A stretch of 64,000 bases of DNA from Verrucomicrobiales bacterium (GTDB taxonomy: Bacteria; Verrucomicrobiota; Verrucomicrobiia; Verrucomicrobiales; V1-33), in assembly GCA_031411295.1 (NCBI GenBank), contig JANOAV010000083.1, positions 1-64,000 of the forward strand, in the 5' to 3' direction. This document shows, one piece after another, positions 1 through 9,900 of this stretch. The notes below the pieces were generated by a model. It did no database searches, had not been told where the DNA came from, and was given only the letters and a program-made list of their open reading frames with translations. Position numbers and translations under genes: made by a program. Position 1 is the stretch's first letter. The number at the start of each line of letters is the position of its first letter.

Positions 1-105
1 GGAAGCGGCAGGGAGTTATGGGGCATCCGCCCAATCCATCAGAAGCTGGCAGGGCGCCATGGGAAATTACAGAATTCCAGATATTTTTGAATCCTTAAAG
101 GCATT

Positions 106-125
106 GGACTAAAGTCCGGCACTAC
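106..125 (-). repeat. GTAG-type REP-like palindrome
   Basis: Minus strand reads GTAGTGCCGGACTTTAGTCC, a GTAG tetranucleotide followed by the near-palindrome GGACTTTAGTCC. It lies just after the stop of the 131..670 gene. Confidence 0.45.
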
Positions 126-130
126 GTTGC

Positions 131-670
131 TTACGGGCTGGGCTTGGGCGGAGGGCAGTAATACGCTGTGTGGACAATGTTGTTGCCCTGCGAGTCGCGC
201 CAGACGGCAATCATCCAGTCTTGGCCTTTTTGCGGCTTGGACTTGGGGACCGGTGGCTTGTAGGAAATCTCCACCTTTTCTCTAGTGTCCCGCGGGTGTG
301 CAATGCCGGCTAGGAGTTGGGGTGACTGAAGTTTGACAACACAGGTCGGAGCCAAGCCGAAGACAGGCTTGCTCTCGACGTATTCCAGGACTTCGCCAAA
401 GTAGAGCGCCACGGGAAGTTGGTCTCCCGGGCCGGCCTTGGTTTTTTGATTGTTGGCGATGGTTTTGCGCCATTTTACCAGCAACTCTCCCATCACGGCA
501 TCCCGTTCCAAACGCAGTTCCACTTGGTGGCGCTGGTTGATCTGCTGCAGCTTGATGGTGCCCCAGATGGAAAAAGTGATGAGGAGAATCGCGCACAGGA
601 TTTTGGCCGCCTTGGTCTGCCAGAACGGTTCGTCATAGATTTCTCTGCTGGGGGCAGTGCGACTGGCCAT
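131..670 (-). CDS. hypothetical membrane-anchored protein
   Basis: 179-aa ORF with one N-terminal hydrophobic helix (ILCAILLITFSIWGTI). Starts 15 bp after the PfkB gene. Confidence 0.7.
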   Translation of the reverse strand: MASRTAPSREIYDEPFWQTKAAKILCAILLITFSIWGTIKLQQINQRHQVELRLERDAVMGELLVKWRKTIANNQKTKAGPGDQLPVALYFGEVLEYVESKPVFGLAPTCVVKLQSPQLLAGIAHPRDTREKVEISYKPPVPKSKPQKGQDWMIAVWRDSQGNNIVHTAYYCPPPKPSP

Positions 671-685
671 GCGTGGGGCGAAAGT

Positions 686-1597
686 TTAGAAGGCGTTATA
701 GCCGCGGAAGAGTTCGCGACGGGCATCCATTTCGGCTGCGGTGAGGGCAGAGATGCGGTCCGTGCTGAAGGCTTCACAAGTGAAGCTGGCGAGCACGGTG
801 CCTTGGACAATGGCGCGATTCACATCCACGAAAGTAATCTGGTCATTGGTCTTGCCCAGCGCACTGAGGTAGCCAGCAATGCCGCCCGCAAATGTATCCC
901 CCGCGCCCGTGGGGTCGGCTACCTCTTGGAGCGGGAAGGCGGTGGTGCTGAAGAAATGCCCGTTGCCAAATAGCAGGGCGCCATGTTCGCCTTTCTTGAT
1001 GACCACCTGCTTGGGACCGTGGGTGAGGAGTCGATGGCCAGCGGTGATGAGATTGTTGGTTTCGGTGAGTTGCTTGGCTTCCCCTTCGTTGATGACGAAG
1101 AGGTCGGACTTGGCGAGGACCTCCATGAGTTTCTCCTTGGCGATGGTGATCCACAAATCCATGGAATCGGCAATCACGAAGGCCTTGGGATTGGCTTGGC
1201 TCAGGACGGAGAGTTGGTTTTCCGGACTCATGTTAGCCAACAGCACCACCGTGGCCGCTTTGGCGGCATCGTTTAGCTTGGGTTCAAATTTCTCCAACAC
1301 ATCGAGGGACACGCTGAGGGTCTCCCGTTGGTTCATGTCGTCGAAGTAGCGTCCGCTCCAACGGAAGGTTTTGCCTTCTTCAATCTGCACACAATCCGTG
1401 TTGATCCCTTTATCGTGGAACAAGTCCAAGTGGGCCTTGGGAAAGTCCGTGCCCACGATGGAGCACAAATGCACGGGGGCGGAGAAACTGGCCGCCAAAG
1501 CGGCATACGAGGCGGAGCCTCCGAGGAGATCGGCCCGCTGGGCTGCAGGTGTTTCAATTGAGTCGAGAGCGATGGTTCCGGCAACGATGACTGACAT
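686..1597 (-). CDS. PfkB/ribokinase-family carbohydrate kinase
   Basis: GGSASYAA N-terminal motif, INEGEA, KKGEHGA and the PfkB signature DPTGAGDTFAGG. Confidence 0.93.
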   Translation of the reverse strand: MSVIVAGTIALDSIETPAAQRADLLGGSASYAALAASFSAPVHLCSIVGTDFPKAHLDLFHDKGINTDCVQIEEGKTFRWSGRYFDDMNQRETLSVSLDVLEKFEPKLNDAAKAATVVLLANMSPENQLSVLSQANPKAFVIADSMDLWITIAKEKLMEVLAKSDLFVINEGEAKQLTETNNLITAGHRLLTHGPKQVVIKKGEHGALLFGNGHFFSTTAFPLQEVADPTGAGDTFAGGIAGYLSALGKTNDQITFVDVNRAIVQGTVLASFTCEAFSTDRISALTAAEMDARRELFRGYNAF

Positions 1598-1760
1598 GGT
1601 GGAATGGGGGTGAGGAGGTGGAGGAGAGTGGGGAATATTGGAAAATGTGGAAACTGACGGTGAATCAGGAGGGCTCTGCCGTCGCTGATGGAATCCTGAA
1701 TGTCAATGGTTTGCAAACACCGAGCTGGCCAAATTTTACGCCTCCTGTCACGGCGTTCAC

Positions 1761-2411
1761 TTAGGAAAGCAGCGCTTTGCAGTCCCGGATGTATCCGGTC
1801 ACATCTGGCGCTTGGAGAATGCCGCTGACGATGACCACGCGGCGGGCTCCAGCGGCTAGCACTTGAGGTAAATTTTCGCGCTTAATGCCCCCGATGCAGA
1901 AAATGGGGATGGTGACCTGCTGGTGCACGGCGGTTATTTCTTCCAGGCCGATGGCCGGTCTTCCGGCTTTAGTGGGGGTGGGAAAAAGCGGCCCGAAGCC
2001 GATGTAGTCCGCGCCCTCTCGTTGCGCCGCCAAGGCTTGGGCCAGGCTGTGGGTGGATTTCCCCACGATGCTGCCCGGCGGAACCGTTAGCCGGGTGGTG
2101 GCAATGGCGGCATCCTCCTGCCCAACGTGAATGCCGTGCCCCAGCTCTGCCAGCTCAGGAAAATCATTGATGATCAGCGGCACCCCGGCGGCTCTGGCGA
2201 CGGGCTCCAGACGGGCGATCCAAGGCCTGATCTGATCAGCCGTGAAGCCTTTGGCCCGCAGTTGCACCAGATCAATTCCCCCACGGATCATTTGCTCCAG
2301 CATGGCAGGAAACTGGTCCGGCAGGCAATAGCCAGTGTCCAGAATACCGTAAAGCGTGGCTTGGGGAAGCTGAGTTAAAAAAACCATTGGAATGGAAGTC
2401 TGGCGCAGCAT
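1761..2411 (-). CDS. thiE: thiamine-phosphate synthase
   Basis: VQLRAK, IIND, GIHVGQED, GKSTHS, DYIGFGP, PTPTK and IGGI motifs. The start may instead be the ATG at 2387. Confidence 0.92.
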   Translation of the reverse strand: MLRQTSIPMVFLTQLPQATLYGILDTGYCLPDQFPAMLEQMIRGGIDLVQLRAKGFTADQIRPWIARLEPVARAAGVPLIINDFPELAELGHGIHVGQEDAAIATTRLTVPPGSIVGKSTHSLAQALAAQREGADYIGFGPLFPTPTKAGRPAIGLEEITAVHQQVTIPIFCIGGIKRENLPQVLAAGARRVVIVSGILQAPDVTGYIRDCKALLS

Positions 2412-3160
2412 TACTGCCCGGGAGCGGCTGCAGGCGGAGGGAGGGCTGGGGCCGGAGGGTCAGGATCCTCAGGAATGACCTTGGCAATGGGGATGGCCGC
2501 ACGGATGACTTGCTCCCGTTTGGGCTCAGTCCCAGCGGGGCTAGGGTTCGCAGGCGTAACCGTTCCGGCCGAACCGTCCCCGGAGACTTTACTGCCGGAA
2601 GGAGTTTCACCAGAGGTGTTAGGATCAACAGCACCAGCCGGCGGGCGAGGCGGTTCTGGCGTTGGCTCCTCGATAATCCGGGGTTTGGGAGCGGGGCCAT
2701 TGATAATTGGTTCCACTGGGGCCGCCACTGGCTCCTTGGCTGGGCGAGTCCAATACCAGATCGGCAAACCAATCGCAGTAATCGCAATCAGGATAATTCC
2801 GAAGAGGGCACTCCCCCGCCCCGACCGATTGTCTGGTGCCATCGCCATGCTCATCGACGTCAACCCGGTGTTGGCGCTCTGAATATAATCATGGCCGGAA
2901 ATATTGGCGAATTCGCTCGTGTTGAATTGCTCCAAATACTCGCTGAGGTCCAAATCCAGATAGTTACTGTAAATCTTAAGGAATCCCTTGGCGTAGGTGA
3001 GGTTTGCAAAATTGGAGAAATCGTCATTTTCCAATTCCCGCACCCGACTGACGGGGATGTGGGTCTTGAAGGCGATATCCTCAACCGCTAAGCCACGTTC
3101 GACACGAGCAGCCATGAGCTGCTTGCCGATACTTTCGAGGGGGTTGGCGGTGGGAAGCAT
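2411..3160 (-). CDS. RodZ-like helix-turn-helix membrane protein
   Basis: IGKQLMAARVERGL...LENDDF...YAKGFLKIYSNYLDL (HTH_25-like), followed by a TM helix and a Pro-rich tail. Confidence 0.8.
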   Translation of the reverse strand: MLPTANPLESIGKQLMAARVERGLAVEDIAFKTHIPVSRVRELENDDFSNFANLTYAKGFLKIYSNYLDLDLSEYLEQFNTSEFANISGHDYIQSANTGLTSMSMAMAPDNRSGRGSALFGIILIAITAIGLPIWYWTRPAKEPVAAPVEPIINGPAPKPRIIEEPTPEPPRPPAGAVDPNTSGETPSGSKVSGDGSAGTVTPANPSPAGTEPKREQVIRAAIPIAKVIPEDPDPPAPALPPPAAAPGQ

Positions 3161-3258
3161 GAGAAAACGGGGGGAGAGGGTAGTTTAGAAAGTGGCCGAT
3201 AAGCTAAAGCGAAATTCCGGCTTGCGCGAATAATATTTTAGAAATTACCCTGAGTCTT

Positions 3259-3855
3259 GTGAATCGAACCAAAGTGATTTTGCCAACTCCTCAAGCAAGG
3301 CCTGTGCCAACCACCACGAGCAGCCTAGCGCAGGTCAATGCATGGCTCCTGGAGCAGATCGCTTCGGAAAATAGCGCCAGGATGCGCCGGGAAGTCGTGG
3401 CCTGGATCGGGCGCTCACCGGTTCGGTTGGCGCAGGTGGTGGCGCTCGTGCTGCTCGGGAGTCGTCAGCAGGCGCAACGGGCCAGTTACCCCTTGAGCTT
3501 TGCGGTGGAGGAGCAGCCTAATTTAGGGCAGCCTCACGTCTTGGAATTGCTGGGGAATTTGGGCCGCCCAGACCTGCACGGAGCAGTGATCCGGAACATC
3601 TTGCGGCTGCTCAGGTTCGTGCCGCTGGCCCCCGCCTATGAAGGCGAGATGTTCTCCGCCGCGTTTGCCGCCTTGGTCGGCCCGGTGGAAATCGCGGTTA
3701 AGTCCGACGCCATTTCCGTGCTCGCTCGCTTGGTGCAGCGCTATCCGGAAATGAAATCCGAGGTGGAGCTAACGATTCGTGAGGGCCTGGCCGGAGCCAC
3801 TCCAGCCTACCGTGCGCGGGCCCGGCGGGAGTTTGGCATTACGAGTGAAATCTAA
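3259..3855 (+). CDS. conserved hypothetical alpha-helical (HEAT/ARM-like) protein
   Basis: Motifs VAWIG, QRASYPL, HGAVIRNILRLL, IAVK, YPEMKSE and ATPAYRAR resemble a widespread uncharacterised family. Start codon uncertain. Confidence 0.7.
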   Translation: MNRTKVILPTPQARPVPTTTSSLAQVNAWLLEQIASENSARMRREVVAWIGRSPVRLAQVVALVLLGSRQQAQRASYPLSFAVEEQPNLGQPHVLELLGNLGRPDLHGAVIRNILRLLRFVPLAPAYEGEMFSAAFAALVGPVEIAVKSDAISVLARLVQRYPEMKSEVELTIREGLAGATPAYRARARREFGITSEI

Positions 3856-3912
3856 TCTCTGGGCACTTTTCGGCCTGGTGGTGGGGGATTTGGCGGAGTT
3901 ATTCATAAAGGG

Positions 3913-4173
3913 CTAGTCAGACGGTTCCGCCCTCAACCAGAATGACGGATTTGGGCCGCAAGAAACGAAACAAGACTTTGTGATTGGCTGCGCCTCAAGG
4001 GCAAGGCGATCGCGGCCTTTGGCATCACGCCGCCGGCTTGCCCACCTGTCCCCGGCGTGACGCTTACGTTTGATCTCCACGCGGGGTTGGTTGTTCCCAC
4101 GCTCCTGCAGCAAATAGATCCCAGCACCTGCCGCGAGTGCAAGCACCGTATAAAATATAAAACGCACTTTCAT
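3913..4173 (-). CDS. small hypothetical protein with N-terminal hydrophobic segment
   Basis: The ATG at 4173 overlaps the upstream TGA (ATGA coupling). MKVRFIFYTVLALAAGAGIYLL looks like a signal or anchor; the C-terminus may be degenerate. Confidence 0.4.
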   Translation of the reverse strand: MKVRFIFYTVLALAAGAGIYLLQERGNNQPRVEIKRKRHAGDRWASRRRDAKGRDRLALEAQPITKSCFVSCGPNPSFWLRAEPSD

Positions 4174-4991
4174 TCTAAGGTAACGGGACACCAGTCTATG
4201 GGAAATTTTTGGGCATCAAAAAACTTACGCACCCGTTGCGATACCAAAATATTAGGAATTATGAAGTTAAACCCGAAGTGTTCGCGAGTCTTCACGAAAT
4301 CTGCGTTCGCTAGTTGGGATGACTCAGCGCGACGGAAGCGATAGACAGGTGGGAAGAACCGATCCGTCACATCGTAACGTGTTGCTGGTAGCTTGGGCGG
4401 TCCAAAAGTCGCAGCGCAGGGCTGGAGGTGCTCTGTTACAAAACTATTAAGCATTGGAGGCATTTCCAAGGTTGAGTCGATTCTCCACAAGCGGCATTCA
4501 CCATCCTTGCCAATAACCTTGGCCTCCTGTAGATCCAATCCCTTGAATCCTTGCTCGGTCAGCAGTTTGCGAAAGGAATCTCTCATATAATACTGGAGTG
4601 GGATCAGGGGACTAGAACCCAGCAGCGTTTTATTTACGTGCTGACTCTTGAAAAATTCTTGTCCGTCCTCATCAAATTTACTCTCGCGGGCAATGCGCTT
4701 ATCAATCCACATACAGAAGAATTCAGCTTCGTCCAAATCTGTTGCATCAAAAATTCTTTGCCCACCGATGGGAGTTGTATCAGGTGGAGGATAGTCTTCA
4801 TAGCTTATTGGCATGCCATGAGCGAGAAGGAATTGCTCCAGTTCATGAAATTCAGGCGAGAGATACACTACTTCGATCAACACACTCCCTGGGTATTCCA
4901 CGAATTTCGGCCAGCGCTTCGAAGCCTCAACTATGGCTGATTTGGAGAAACCGCTGTGACTATCAATTCCGCATCTGAAAATCATTTTCAT
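4170..4991 (-). CDS. putative immunity-type protein (Imm11-like)
   Basis: 273-aa ORF, AT-richer than its flanks. It has two repeats of an (M/V)-x-(D/Q)-x-(F/V)R-K motif (YMRDSFRKLLTEQGFKGL; LVSQRVRKFFDAQKF-DWCPV) typical of Imm11/DUF1629-like proteins. Confidence 0.5.
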   Translation of the reverse strand: MKMIFRCGIDSHSGFSKSAIVEASKRWPKFVEYPGSVLIEVVYLSPEFHELEQFLLAHGMPISYEDYPPPDTTPIGGQRIFDATDLDEAEFFCMWIDKRIARESKFDEDGQEFFKSQHVNKTLLGSSPLIPLQYYMRDSFRKLLTEQGFKGLDLQEAKVIGKDGECRLWRIDSTLEMPPMLNSFVTEHLQPCAATFGPPKLPATRYDVTDRFFPPVYRFRRAESSQLANADFVKTREHFGFNFIIPNILVSQRVRKFFDAQKFPIDWCPVTLE

Positions 4992-5051
4992 GATAATGGA
5001 AAATTTGGGTGTGGGTAAGTGGTTTTGGGCGAGCCATGACTCCTGGCGGAT

Positions 5052-5900
5052 TCACTTCAGTCCCAGGTTCTTGCCGGACTCGTCGTTACGCCAGATGTCG
5101 GTGGTTTCAGGGTTGGCTTTCAGGCGTTTGAGGGCGCGGCGGATGCAGGCCAGGGCTTGTTTGTCCTTATCCGGGGCCGCTTGGACGGTTATGTTATGCT
5201 GGTCTTGACCCACCACCCCTCCCGTGCCCATGACTTCTCCGGCGGAGTGCTTCTCCAGTTCTTCGTCGATTTCCTCCGCGATGGCCTCCTCGTCATTCAG
5301 TTCCATTTCATCCAGTCCGGAGAGCCAGATTTCATACCTGCATCCGGGATTGAACGTTGGGCTGGGTTCCTGATTCACCGGCGGGATGAATGTCTGATCC
5401 TCCCGCAGGGTGATGAATTCCAGCTCTGCGCGCCTGCTCTCAATGTAGTCCACCAGTTGCTTCGGGGTAAACATCATGAACTCCATCCCTGAATATTGCT
5501 TGATCTCCTCTTCCGTAACATTGAAGAAGCGCTGCTCCGTATCATCATAACGCGGGTCCTCTACTCGGTAGGGGCGCGGCGGGAATTTATTATCAGCAGC
5601 AATGTGGTTTGGATGCCGTCGTTCCCAAACAGGGGTGCGCTCCTGTTCAGATTCGGTCAGCGGTAGCAGCAGTTCGTCTGTCGTGTTGCTACCCACACCT
5701 TCGTCCCGCAGTGAATAGCGCTGCAGCCACCGTCCGGATGAGAACAAAGAACCATCACAACACAGAGCGGAGGTGACAAAATTGAAAATCCAGAAAGAAC
5801 TGAAATTTGTGCGTAGGACGTGGGCAAAGCCACCTTTCGGCAGCGGTATGCCGAACACAGTGCCGATGGGGGGGCGAGGGCGAAGGTTCTTCTTATTCAT
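5052..5900 (-). CDS. putative Imm26-like immunity protein with acidic C-terminal domain
   Basis: The N-terminus IGTVFGIPLPKGGFAH matches the Imm26 GxxFxIPLxxG pattern. C-terminal domain EEIDEELEKHSAGEVMGTGG. Confidence 0.55.
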   Translation of the reverse strand: MNKKNLRPRPPIGTVFGIPLPKGGFAHVLRTNFSSFWIFNFVTSALCCDGSLFSSGRWLQRYSLRDEGVGSNTTDELLLPLTESEQERTPVWERRHPNHIAADNKFPPRPYRVEDPRYDDTEQRFFNVTEEEIKQYSGMEFMMFTPKQLVDYIESRRAELEFITLREDQTFIPPVNQEPSPTFNPGCRYEIWLSGLDEMELNDEEAIAEEIDEELEKHSAGEVMGTGGVVGQDQHNITVQAAPDKDKQALACIRRALKRLKANPETTDIWRNDESGKNLGLK

Positions 5901-6119
5901 GAGGTGTGCATCTACTATCTGGGACAGGTCTTTTTATACTCAGGGATGGCGGATTTCGCAAGACTCTCTTTCAGCGACGCATTAGGAGACGGAGTCGTGA
6001 ATCGTTGACGGTTCATGACGTTAGCATCTCCATTTTCTGGACATCCCGCCGAAACTGAATTCGTTCTACTCCCTCCCAGCATCCTCCCATCCGCCCTAAA
6101 GGCTAATACTCTTAGGTAT

Positions 6120-6567
6120 TGGACCGCACTAGCGGTCACGGACGGTAGCCGTGGGCTTCAGACTGCGGTGCGCGGAGTCATTAACTTTGTCGAATAGCGA
6201 CAGCGGAACTCGCCCTGATTAGCCAATGATGCCTGCTCCACGCCATGGCAGTTCCGATGTCGCTACGCGACATTTTTCCGTGCGGGACGGACCGTGGGTA
6301 GGAGTGATTATTCCACAGCAAAGGGAGGTGGCGCGAGGCTGAGCCCGAGCCAGTCGTGAGCTTATGCATCCCTGCTCTAAAAGCACTTGCCTAGCGATGG
6401 TCGATCTGCGCGAGGAAGTGCTTGAGCGAACCTCTGAATGCAAGCAGACGAAGGCTCGGGCGCAGCCTCGCTCCACCGCGCTAGAAAGCACATCCGCTGT
6501 GGAATAATCACTCCTGGACCGTGGGCTGAAGCCCACGGCTACCGTCCGCAACCGCTAGCGCGGTCCA
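6120..6567. repeat. REPIN/BIME-like element: two inverted GTAG-REP-containing arms
   Basis: 6120-6169 TGGACCGCACTAGCGGTCACGGACGGTAGCCGTGGGCTTCAGACTGCGGT is the imperfect reverse complement of 6518-6567. The core GTAGCCGTGGGCTTCAGCCCACGG lies on the minus strand at 6519-6542. An internal inverted pair GGAGTGATTATTCCACAGC lies at 6301-6319 and 6496-6514. Confidence 0.8.
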
Positions 6568-6910
6568 GATCCTTCCAATTCCTCACAAGGCATTACCCTA
6601 AAGATCGGACTCTTGCGATTGAGGCCACGACATTCCATTTAAACCTCAACTGGCCTCATTGTTGCGTTTTGATTGGTTGGACGGAGCCCCTCGAACCACC
6701 TTCTGAAATTGCCATACCTTTGGGAAATTTGCGGGCCGCTTGGGAAGTTTTGTTACCGCGAGTGGCCGATTCGTCACAAAGTTTTCGCTAAAAAAACGTT
6801 GCCCTGCTGTGCCGGGATTTGCTAAAAGCGCGGTGCGCCAGGCGGATATATTTCGACTCGGTGCAAAATTTTTGCTACACACCCTAACTGTCTCAACCCC
6901 TCCGCTCCCT

Positions 6911-9900
6911 ATGAAATCCTCCTCTAATCGTGAAATCGCGTTGTCTATCAAGTTGTTGGCGCTGGCCAGTCTGACATTTCCCTGGACTCGGGCCACGGCG
7001 GCTCCGATTTTCTGGGACGGTGTGGGTGGAGCGGCTACTGATGACTGGGCCGCAGTGGCCAATTGGTCGTTGGATACCGATGGTCTAACGGCTGCCACTG
7101 CCATTCCAGGCACTGGTGATGTGGCCACCTTCAGTGCCACCACGGTAACGACGGCCCAGACCGTGAAACTCAATGCGAATCGCAGTGTCGCTGGATTGGA
7201 TTTCACTTTGGCCACTGCAACCACTCTGACCGGCGGTAGCGCGGTGCGCGTCCTAACCTTGGGAGCATCCGGCATCACGAAAAATAATTCGGGCCTGGCC
7301 ACCATCGGATCAGCCACGGCGGCGGAAAATGTGAGTCTCAGCCTGAGCGCTGCGCAGACGTGGTCCAATAGTGACGCAGCAGCAGCCGGGGTCGCTACCA
7401 TCACGGTGGTCAATGGGGTTTCGCTGTCCTCGGCGGGGGCCAAGACCCTTACCTTGGATGGTTCCAGTCTGGGCGATAACGTCATTTCTGGGGTAATCAC
7501 GAATGGGGCTGGCACGCTGAAGCTGGAGAAGAAAGGCGCGGGTCTCTGGCATCTGGGTGGGGCGAATACTTTCACGGGCGGGGTGGACTTGACCGCGGGC
7601 ACCCTGCGTGGGGTGGTGGCCGGGGCGTTTGGTCCGAACACGGGACCAGGCTTGACGATCACGGGCGGAAATCTTGAATTACGCAATGACGCTGGCACCA
7701 CTTTCACTGGCACCAATACCACGGTGCTGGCAGATGCCAGCGTGACCTCGAATCGCGCTACTGCTGCGGGCACGACCACCACTCACACCTTGGGCACCCT
7801 CAGCATGGGCAATAACACCCTAACTACCCTTCGGGGCGCTGGGATTACGGGCACGACGGCTTTGGGTAATCTGGTCTTCGGTGCCACCTTGCTCACTGGA
7901 AACGCGACGTTTGCTCCGCAGGCGCTGACAACCCTTACCCTGGGATCCGTGGCTGGCTCCGTGGGATCACTTAGGAAGACCGGAACTGGAGCGATGATTC
8001 TGAGTTCCGCTGGCACCTATACTGGTGGCACGACGATCTCCGCTGGCACCCTACAAGCGAGCGCGAATGACGCGCTGGGGACTGGGCCGGTGAATTACCC
8101 AGCGGCTGGATTGGGACGGTTACTGATTCTGGGTGGTGTGACCATCCCTAACGCAGTGAGCGTGGATGCGGGTATCACGGGGTCCACGGGGTTTGGGTTA
8201 CTCTCGCAAACTGGCACCGGGCAAGCGATGGTCAGCGGCGTTATTACCATGGCGGGAAATACTTCGGTAGGAGGAACCTTGGGTGGGGGCGCAGCGGTAG
8301 GCAATGAACTGGTGGTGCTAGGCCCCATTAATGCCGGCGGGGCCACCAGCATGAATCATCGCCTTGGCCGAGTGATCTATGCTGGGGGCGGCAGTTATGC
8401 CGGAACGCTCTCAGTCACGGATACGGCACTGGTGGGCGCTACGAATGGGATGCCCACCGGAATTAGCCTGACCCTAGGTGGTTCCGCTAGCGCCACGTTG
8501 GACTTGGCAACCGTGAGCGGTGGATTCGATCAGACTCTGGCCGCTCTGAGCCTGGGCAATACCACCGCCGCCAGCCAATTCATCGGCACGGTAACGCTAG
8601 GGGGCCGCACCTTGACGCTAAACGGGAATCTAACGACCATTTCCAATTCCACCCAGAACGTCTCTCATCCCATCACCGCCACCGCCGGAGGCACGCTGGC
8701 AATGAATGGTGCTAATCGCAACATCACGGTAGCCGATACCCTCCACCCGGATGATCTGGTCATCAGCGGGGCGAATCTAACCGGCACTGGCGGGGTGACC
8801 AAAGCGGGAGCAGGCACCCTGGTGCTGAAAGATGTTATTTCCTCGGTGCCCCTCACGGTCAGCGCAGGCACCTTGGCCACATCTCAATTCGCTGTAGCCA
8901 ATGCGGGAACGCTAACCACCACGGGGCTGAATTTTGGTTCTACCGCCACGACCGTCCGGGTTAAAGTTGGGGCCCTTAACGATACGATCAACGGTGGCAC
9001 GGTCACCACTGGAAGCGGCATCGTCACGCTGCAACCAGTTCAAAACGGTGCAGTGCTGGCACCGGGCACTTACCCACTGATCAACTACACTGGAACGCCT
9101 CCTAATCTGAGTCAGTTTACCCTAGCTCCCTTTGGCCATGCCACCGCAACCTTGGTGGATGCCAACTCCGCCATCTCACTGCAAGTGACGGCCAATGAGG
9201 GAGTCAGCTGGAATGGCACGGTGGATGGAGCATGGAACATTGCGGCAACGAACAATTGGAAGACCACGGGCGGCAGCGATACCAATTATCTGGAAGGCGA
9301 TAGCGTGAGCTTCGTTGATAATCCCACTGGACCGGGTGGGAGCGCGGTCACCCTAGCAACGAACATTAATCCATCCAATGTCTCCATCAATAACTCGACG
9401 GTTACGTCCTACACGATTGCGGCAGCGACCGCCATCGGGATTACTGGCACGACCAACCTCTCGAAAACCGGCAATGGCACGGCGGTGTTGCGTTCGGTCA
9501 ACTCCTATACTGGCAGCACGTTCATTGATGAAGGGGTGCTGGAATTGGATCATGACGCCATCAACAACCTGGTGCTGACTGGCACCAGCGTCGTATTCAT
9601 CAATACCAACGGCACCCTGCGTCTGACGCGGGATGGCGGGGCGATCGCGTTCAGTCGCACGCTGACGGGCGATGGAACGGTGGAAATTAATCCCCACTCG
9701 GCTGGAACAGTCCCCACGGCCCAAGCTGCTAGTATCACCGGGAATAACGTCGGGTTCAGTGGAGCATTGAAGCTGCTCTCGCCTGTCGGCACCGGCACCG
9801 CCCGGCTTTCGACTCCCACCCCTGCGCAGTTGGGTTCCGCAGTGATTACGGTGCAGCCGGGCAATCAATTGTTTGTCAGTGCAGCGACTTTTACCAATGC

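Noticed and set aside
18..34. Box-like ATGGGGCATCCGCCCAA at the window start
   Set aside because: The match is weak, and any -10 or target gene would lie outside the window.
6740..6910. Extended N-terminus of the giant protein in the ORF track
   Set aside because: The signal peptide starts at the ATG at 6911; the upstream part looks like promoter or UTR.
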